Origin: an uncultured Ruminococcus sp.
Lineage (GTDB): Bacteria; Bacillota; Clostridia; Oscillospirales; CAG-272
Direction: 5' to 3'
Length of the DNA: 64,000 nucleotides
Assembly (NCBI GenBank): GCA_964558485.1
Contig: CAZLED010000001.1
Location: 26,491 to 90,490, forward strand
In this document: piece by piece, positions 58,593-64,000 of the stretch
Position numbering within the stretch: the first letter of the stretch is position 1
Layout of the letters: each line of letters opens with the position of its first letter
Translations under genes and position numbers: made by a program
The notes under the pieces: generated by a model
The model's input: only the letters and a program-made list of their open reading frames with translations
Told to the model about the DNA's origin: nothing
The model's database searches: none

Positions 58593-60764
58593 ATGAAACA
58601 TTTGCCATCGTTTGCACCCATGCTCGATGAGCTGGAGCACTTTTACAGTACCATCGACCCGGAGTATGACAAGCTGGGGACTATGCTGAACACCATGTGG
58701 GAAGGTCGTGACGGGAAGACTGCTATGGCGTTGAAGCTGGAGCAGATGCACATTCTTGCCGAGGAAAGCACCGTACACGTGTTCCGGCATTATCCCTTCT
58801 GGTTCCAGTTTTCGGCCGGACGAGGACGCTTTATCTGGGGTGGTCTGGGCTGTCTGGGACAATTTCTCCACGATCACCTGGGCGCACCCTATCTGCAGGC
58901 CTACTACACCGAAATGGAAGAGGACAGACGGGCCGGGCGTATCCACAACTGGAACAACCCGGTGGGACTGGATCACCATGCCCTGGGCTACGATGTGCTC
59001 CTGACCGAAGGGCTGTCGGGACTGCGACAAAAGGCAGTCGATGCACGGGCCCATGGGGACACCGAAACAGAGCCCTTCTACCGTGCTGCCATCGAAGCGC
59101 TGGATATCCTTGCCGGGCTGTCGGAGCGCTTTGCCGATCGTGCCGCCGAAATGCTGGCCGATGAGACCGATCCGGACGTGCGAAAGAATCTGGCCTGGAT
59201 CGCCGATGCTGCCCGTCGGGTGCCGCTCATGCCGCCGAAGACCTTCCGGGAAGCGTTGGCTGCCATCGTGTTCTGTCGGGAGTGCATCGGGACGCTGGAG
59301 GGCATTGGGGTCTCCACCTACGGACACTTAGACCGGATGCTCTATCCGTACTATCAGGCGGACCTGGCGGCAGGTCGCATCACCGAGGATGAAGCGAAGG
59401 GACTGCTGGCCGATCTGCTGTACTATACGGCAGTGCGGTTTGACGAGGACAACGGCTACCACGAGACCTCCACCACCATCATTCTGGGTGGCTGTGACCG
59501 AGAGGGTCATGTGGTCTACAACGATGTGACCCGGCTGCTGCTGGACGTGGAAAAGGAGATCCGGGTGATCTCGGTCAAGTTCGACTGCCGGATCTCGTCT
59601 GCCCATCCGGAGGCATATCTGCGGCAGCTTTGTGGGATTCAGCTGGCCGGACTGCCGGTGCTGGTGTTCATGAACGACGAGACGCACATTGCAGCTCGTG
59701 TGAAGCATGGGCAGGCTATCGAGGATGCACGGGGCTACGTGGCCGGTGGTTGTCACGAGATCGTGCTGGGTGGTACGGAGGTCTGTACCCGGGCGGACAC
59801 CTGGATCGGACTGCCGGCGCTGCTGCTGGATACGCTGCGAAAACAGACCTGGGACAGCTACGACAGCTTCTACCAGGCGGCTATAGCGGATGTGCGTGCC
59901 TATCATGAACGGGTGGCAGACTGCAAAAATGCGGCGGAGCGTCATTGGAGTGCGTTCAATCCCATGCCGCTGTACAGCACCACCATTGCCGACTGCCTGG
60001 AAAATGGCCGGGACGTGACTGCCGGTGGTGCCCGGTATTCGTCTACGGCGCTGTCCATGCTGGGAGCCGCTACCTTTGTGGACTCTCTGTATGCACTGAA
60101 GACCCTGCTCTGGGACGAGGGCAGATACAACCAGGCAGAGATGTGTGCGCTTCTGGAAAAGGATTATGCCGATGGGGAAGAGCTGCGGCAGTATATCCTG
60201 AACCGGATACCACACTTTGGCAGTGGCGACACGGAGATCGACAGCTTTGGTGCGGCGGTACTGCACGATCTGTCGACGGTGTCGGGGCAGACCAATGGAC
60301 GTGGCGGCAAGTACTACCCGGCGTTCTATCCTCACGATATTTTCCGTGCCATGGGGTTCCGCACCGGTGCCACACCCGATGGACGAAAAGCCGGATGGGC
60401 CCTGTCCCGTGGTGCTTCTCCCAGCGAGACCGTCACCGGGATCACGCCCACGGATATGCTGCGGTCGGTGGCAAAGATCGACTTCACCGAATTTACGGAT
60501 TCCTTTGCCCTGGAGGTCACGCTGCCCAAGCTGCCCGACAACGAAGACAGCATGGCGGTGCTGTTGGGGATCGTGTACGGCTTCCTGGAAGCCCATGGTT
60601 CCACGCTGCAGCTGAATCTGCTGGATCCGGATATGCTGATAGAGGCACAGAAGCACCCGGACGAGCATCGGGATCTGTTGGTGCGGGTCTGCGGCTACAG
60701 TGCCAGCTTCGTGACCCTGAATCAGGAGACCCAGGACGAGATCGTGCGCCGGGAGCTGCGATAA
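58593..60764 (+). CDS. Glycyl radical enzyme, PFL2/dehydratase-lyase-like, unknown substrate (723 aa)
   Basis: C-terminal LLVRVCGYSASF (RVxGY glycyl-radical core). Mid-protein VAGGCHEIVL (candidate thiyl Cys loop). AAAGGAG RBS. Confidence 0.8.
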   Translation: MKHLPSFAPMLDELEHFYSTIDPEYDKLGTMLNTMWEGRDGKTAMALKLEQMHILAEESTVHVFRHYPFWFQFSAGRGRFIWGGLGCLGQFLHDHLGAPYLQAYYTEMEEDRRAGRIHNWNNPVGLDHHALGYDVLLTEGLSGLRQKAVDARAHGDTETEPFYRAAIEALDILAGLSERFADRAAEMLADETDPDVRKNLAWIADAARRVPLMPPKTFREALAAIVFCRECIGTLEGIGVSTYGHLDRMLYPYYQADLAAGRITEDEAKGLLADLLYYTAVRFDEDNGYHETSTTIILGGCDREGHVVYNDVTRLLLDVEKEIRVISVKFDCRISSAHPEAYLRQLCGIQLAGLPVLVFMNDETHIAARVKHGQAIEDARGYVAGGCHEIVLGGTEVCTRADTWIGLPALLLDTLRKQTWDSYDSFYQAAIADVRAYHERVADCKNAAERHWSAFNPMPLYSTTIADCLENGRDVTAGGARYSSTALSMLGAATFVDSLYALKTLLWDEGRYNQAEMCALLEKDYADGEELRQYILNRIPHFGSGDTEIDSFGAAVLHDLSTVSGQTNGRGGKYYPAFYPHDIFRAMGFRTGATPDGRKAGWALSRGASPSETVTGITPTDMLRSVAKIDFTEFTDSFALEVTLPKLPDNEDSMAVLLGIVYGFLEAHGSTLQLNLLDPDMLIEAQKHPDEHRDLLVRVCGYSASFVTLNQETQDEIVRRELR

Positions 60765-60888
60765 AGAAAGATACGAAAATGGGAAGTGGCCGCCATGGTC
60801 GAGCTTCCCATTTTTGGGATCGACGCTTCGAATGGTATCGCTTGTGGCATATTCGGAAAAAAGTTTTGCATTTTTTTTGAAAAACCCC

Positions 60889-60917
60889 TTGACAAATGCG
60901 GACGAATGTGGTATCAT
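60889..60917 (+). promoter_or_regulatory. Promoter of the tRNA Gly-Arg-His cluster
   Basis: TTGACA (60889-60894), 17 nt spacer, TGg-TATCAT (60912-60917). Confidence 0.6.
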
Positions 60918-60929
60918 ATAGAAGCGTCA

Positions 60930-61213
<284 letters not shown>

Positions 61214-61226
61214 CTAATCAGAAAAT

Positions 61227-61265
61227 GCAGCGTGTTGATCCAAAAGATCGATACGCTGTTTTTTC
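61227..61265 (+). terminator. Terminator of the tRNA cluster
   Basis: gcagcgt-(loop)-acgctg followed by TTTTTTT. Confidence 0.65.
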
Positions 61266-61402
61266 GTTTTCTCCTGGAAAGGTGCTGATGCCGGTCGGCT
61301 TATGCAATTCGTTCTGCTGCGGTGCCCGGACGACGGCAAACTTTGGGAAAGATGAAGGCAAAATAATCCTACCATATCGGTCGGAAATGTGATATAATGT
61401 AT

Positions 61403-61478
61403 AAGTCAGAAATCAGATGCCAGATGTCAGAAGTCTTTTGGAAAAGTCAGATACCCCAACTGCGTTGTGGGTCAGACA
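61403..61478. repeat. GTCAGA-type short repeat cluster (six CAGA cores, plus orientation)
   Basis: aagtcagaaatcagatgccagatgtcagaagtc...aagtcagata...gggtcagacagg. Preceded by TGa-TATAAT at 61390-61398. Confidence 0.5.
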
Positions 61479-61495
61479 GGGGACGGATGGATATA

Positions 61496-61539
61496 CAAAA
61501 AATCCCTGCACACATACGTAGGTACGATTGTGTACAGGG
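61496..61539 (-). terminator. Terminator of the GNAT gene
   Basis: Minus strand: ccctgtacaca-(loop)-tgtgtgcaggg followed by ATTTTTTG. Confidence 0.6.
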
Positions 61540-61563
61540 AATAAATGGTATGCAAAATAGGTT

Positions 61564-61617
61564 CGTCTGACCTCTGACCTCTGACTTTGCGAAGCACGAC
61601 TTCTGAACTCTGACTTT
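61564..61617. repeat. TCTGAC-type short repeat cluster (4 x TCTGAC plus TCTGAA), inverted relative to 61403-61478
   Basis: cgtctgacctctgacctctgactttgcgaagcacgacttctgaactctgactttt. Lies between the GNAT stop and its terminator. Confidence 0.5.
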
Positions 61618-62118
61618 TCAGTTTTGGCTTTGCGTAAGTTCCTTGTCTAAGTGTGCTACCGCCAAGGGAAGGTCTGGGTGGGTCACGGTGTCTCGGAGTA
61701 CAAAACCGTGGCGGAGGTACCAATCCACCAGGCTCTTGTCGATGGCGAAAACCGATACGGTCAGGGTCTGTCCACCGTGGTGTGCGGCGTGATCGATGGC
61801 GAATTCCAGCATTTGTGCGCCGATGCCCTGTCCTCTGTATTCCGGCAAAACTGCCACCTTATCCAGTGTGAACTTGCCCGGCTCCGTTGTCTCCAACTGC
61901 ATATACCCGGCGGTGTGTCCGTCGCACAGGCAACCGAACAGCTTGACGCCCCGGCGATAGTCGCTCATGAGCTGATCCATTTTGATGAAGGAACCGCTGG
62001 CAACACAGTTTTCCTCCGGCAGCTGGTAGGTCTCGGCCACTGTGTGAAAGCTGCGGCGTATGACGCTCAGATACCCCAACAGCTGCGACTGGGACAATAG
62101 GACGATTTTGATGGACAT
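61618..62118 (-). CDS. GNAT-family N-acetyltransferase
   Basis: VAVLPEYRGQGIGAQMLEFAIDHA (acetyl-CoA binding motif A, R/Q-x-x-G-x-G/A). AGGAGAAGG RBS before ATG 62116-62118. Confidence 0.85.
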   Translation of the reverse strand: MSIKIVLLSQSQLLGYLSVIRRSFHTVAETYQLPEENCVASGSFIKMDQLMSDYRRGVKLFGCLCDGHTAGYMQLETTEPGKFTLDKVAVLPEYRGQGIGAQMLEFAIDHAAHHGGQTLTVSVFAIDKSLVDWYLRHGFVLRDTVTHPDLPLAVAHLDKELTQSQN

Positions 62119-62213
62119 AGGGCTCACCTTCTCCTGTGGTTTTTATACCTTTATTATACCAAAAATCCCCGGCTTTGTCAATCGGCAAATGGCAGAGAAA
62201 CGGGAGATAGTGC

Positions 62214-62280
62214 GTAATGAAGAATGATATAATGAAGAATGAATAATTGTGGTAGAAATGGCTTCGCTATTTCAAAAAAT
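62214..62280 (+). repeat. AATGAAG-repeat plus hairpin element, copy 3
   Basis: cgtaatgaagaatgatataatgaagaatgaataattgtggta-GAAATGGC-ttc-GCTATTTC (hairpin 62255-62273), then aaaaaatttt. Confidence 0.65.
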
Positions 62281-62355
62281 TTTAACGTGCGGCTTTGGAG
62301 GTTGGACGACCGATGGACCTGGGGCAGCTTGTGATTTCTGTGTGCCCTAACGAAC

Positions 62356-62389
62356 GGACTTCTGACTTCTCACATTTTACTTCTGACTT
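62356..62389. repeat. TCTGAC-type short repeat cluster in the leader/promoter region of the ECF S-component gene
   Basis: ggacttctgacttctcacattttacttctgactt. Confidence 0.45.
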
Positions 62390-62408
62390 TACAAAACGAG
62401 GTGTTCTT

Positions 62409-62951
62409 ATGAAACGAACGAATATGCAGACCCATGAGCAGATCCGGCGGATGGTGCTGGCGGCGGTCTTTGCGGCGCTGTCCTGCGTGGCGACCATGGT
62501 GATCCAGATCCCATCGCCCATGAACGGCTATGTGAATCTGGGGGACTGCTTTGTACTGCTGGGTGCGCTGTATCTGGGACCCGTTTGGGGTGCGGTGGCC
62601 GGTGGTGTCGGTTCCATGCTGGCGGATCTGTTCACCGGATATGCCCACTATGCGCCAGGTACCTTTGTGATTAAGGCGGTCATGGCATTGGTGTTCTGCT
62701 GCCTCTATCGCACGTTGACGACCGGGAAGCTGCCCAAAACAGCGGCGTATCTCCTTGGAGCCACGGCGGCAGAGCTAACGATGGTGGTGGGCTATTTCGG
62801 CTATGCCTGCCTGCTTTTGGGCAAAGGATTGGCAGCGGCATCCGGCATTCCCGGCAACCTGATGCAGGGCGTATTCGGCGTGGTGGTGTCGGCTCTGCTC
62901 ATGCAGGGGATCGGCAAGGCGATGGCCGGACAAAATAAAAAGGATCGATAG
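62409..62951 (+). CDS. ECF transporter substrate-specific (S) component, substrate unknown
   Basis: Six hydrophobic segments. MNGYVNLGDCFVLLGALYLGPVWGAVAGGVGSMLADL is typical of ECF S components. GAGGTG RBS. No ECF A/T genes adjacent. Confidence 0.7.
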   Translation: MKRTNMQTHEQIRRMVLAAVFAALSCVATMVIQIPSPMNGYVNLGDCFVLLGALYLGPVWGAVAGGVGSMLADLFTGYAHYAPGTFVIKAVMALVFCCLYRTLTTGKLPKTAAYLLGATAAELTMVVGYFGYACLLLGKGLAAASGIPGNLMQGVFGVVVSALLMQGIGKAMAGQNKKDR

Positions 62952-62959
62952 AAACGGCA

Positions 62960-63002
62960 GGTGATCGCATGGCCAACCCGGGTGCGGTCGCCTTTTTCTT
63001 TT
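62960..63002 (+). terminator. Terminator of the ECF S-component gene
   Basis: ggtgatcgca-(loop)-tgcggtcgcc (10 bp including 2 G-U) followed by tttttctttt. Confidence 0.65.
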
Positions 63003-63113
63003 GTGGGAAGATACATGGGAAGAACGGTACGGTGGAAATGCGGCGGTTTTTGGTGAAGCTGCACAAAAAAGACTTTCTGATTTGTTTTGTATGCTGAAAT
63101 TGCCGAAGAACGC

Positions 63114-63142
63114 TTGCATTGGTGTGCGCTGTGTGCTATAAT
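63114..63142 (+). promoter_or_regulatory. Promoter of SBP paralog H
   Basis: TTGCAT (63114-63119), 17 nt spacer, TGc-TATAAT (63137-63142). Confidence 0.55.
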
Positions 63143-63211
63143 AGGAACGTAGATATGAACGAGTGGATACCATCGGAACGATGAATGAAAACGATACAGG
63201 GAGGCTATACT

Positions 63212-64000
63212 ATGCGGAAGATCGCTTGGCTGCTGGTACTTTTGACAGTGGGCTCTACGTTGGCCGGCTGCGGTGCTGTGGAAGAAACAATAACAGAAAC
63301 AACGGGAAAGACGGAAACAGAATCGACTGTGGATACGGAACCGGAGATATCCGACGATCTGCCCGACATGGACTACGGCGGCGCCGACTTCCGGATCTAC
63401 ACAAGACAGTGCTGTGAGAGCCACAAGAACGGCGTCTATATGCCGGAGCAGACCGGGGACGTGATCTCCGATGCAGTCTACGAACGGAACCTTGCCATCG
63501 AAGAACGCTTCAATATAACCTTCACCGAGCCCTTCTTGGCACCCGATGCCGAGGCTACGGACCTGAACAATGCGGTACAGGCCGGCGACGATATGTGCGA
63601 GCTGGCGGTTTGGCACTACAAGCACCTGGGCGACTCTGCCGCTGCCGGGTACCTTGCCGACATTTCCCAGGCCGGCTACATTGGTTTTGACAAGCCCTGG
63701 TGGTATCAAAAGGTAAACGATGCCTATTCCGTAGGTGGTCACGCCTATGTGGTGGTGGGTATGTATGACCTGGACAACTACTTAGACAATGTGTGCGTGT
63801 ACTTTAATAAGGATATGCTCATCGACCTGACCGGGGACGACGACCTGTACTCCGTGGTCAAGGAAGGCAAATGGACCGTTGATAAAATGGAAGAGATCGC
63901 CACGCTGGCAACGGTGGACCTGGACGGTGACGGCACCATGGATCCCACCAAGGACCAGTTCGGCTACGGGCAGGCGTCCGGGTATGGCTTCATCTATCAG
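63212..64000 (+). CDS. Lipoprotein, solute-binding protein family (paralog H), N-terminal 263 codons; continues past window end
   Basis: Own translation: MRKIAWLLVLLTVGSTLAGC lipobox, T/E-rich linker, ISDAVYERN, KPWWYQK, DLDGDGTMDPTKDQFG. Open to nt 64000, so absent from the ORF track. GGGAGG RBS. Confidence 0.8.
   Translation, partial: MRKIAWLLVLLTVGSTLAGCGAVEETITETTGKTETESTVDTEPEISDDLPDMDYGGADFRIYTRQCCESHKNGVYMPEQTGDVISDAVYERNLAIEERFNITFTEPFLAPDAEATDLNNAVQAGDDMCELAVWHYKHLGDSAAAGYLADISQAGYIGFDKPWWYQKVNDAYSVGGHAYVVVGMYDLDNYLDNVCVYFNKDMLIDLTGDDDLYSVVKEGKWTVDKMEEIATLATVDLDGDGTMDPTKDQFGYGQASGYGFIYQ

Overview
This reads as a chromosomal segment from a high-GC, Gram-positive, Clostridia-like anaerobe. 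The evidence is AGGAGG-type ribosome-binding sites, very regular TTGACA-17 nt-(TGn)TATAAT promoters, a type I dockerin, NifS/NifU, and a glycyl-radical enzyme. No similarity search was possible. All product calls rest on motifs I could recognise in the translations, and all coordinates were indexed by hand.

I support about 50 protein-coding genes (one interrupted by an in-frame TAG) and 5 tRNAs: Ser-GCU, Trp-CCA, and a Gly-UCC/Arg-UCU/His-GUG cluster. There are also many promoter and terminator signals. I found no rRNA, CRISPR array, transposase, integrase or prophage genes.

Housekeeping and metabolic genes:
- SbcD/YhaO-like and Rad50/YhaN-like pair
- zur plus a znuABC-type transporter
- pheA
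- Rrf2 regulator and nifS-nifU
- EF-G2-type paralogue
- MIF/tautomerase-family protein
- SNF-family sodium symporter
- PTS EIICB and EIIA
- glycerophosphodiester phosphodiesterase
- thiI and pncB
- PfkB-family sugar kinase
- GNAT acetyltransferase
- ECF transporter S component

The dominant unexplained theme is accessory and cell-surface related:
- Eight paralogous lipoprotein solute-binding-protein (SBP) genes, each apparently monocistronic, with no sugar-type ABC permease or ATPase anywhere in the window.
- These are interleaved with hydrolases: a GH2 beta-galactosidase, two PHP phosphoesterases, an esterase and a 646-aa unknown protein.
- Two secreted proteins among them share a non-LPXTG C-terminal anchor, PQT(F/M)DAG-helix-SKKR.

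Other items worth follow-up:
- a dockerin-bearing multidomain M23 peptidase with 4 x 27-aa Cys3His repeats
- an orphan glycyl-radical enzyme with a PflX-type radical SAM gene two genes upstream
- a J-domain / Cys-tail operon
- an AT-rich PIN-toxin islet
- four kinds of non-coding repeat: a 3 x 75-bp tandem array in a 3' UTR, an AATGAAG-plus-hairpin element in three copies, TCTGAC/GTCAGA clusters in six places, and a 43-nt identical hairpin core in two places
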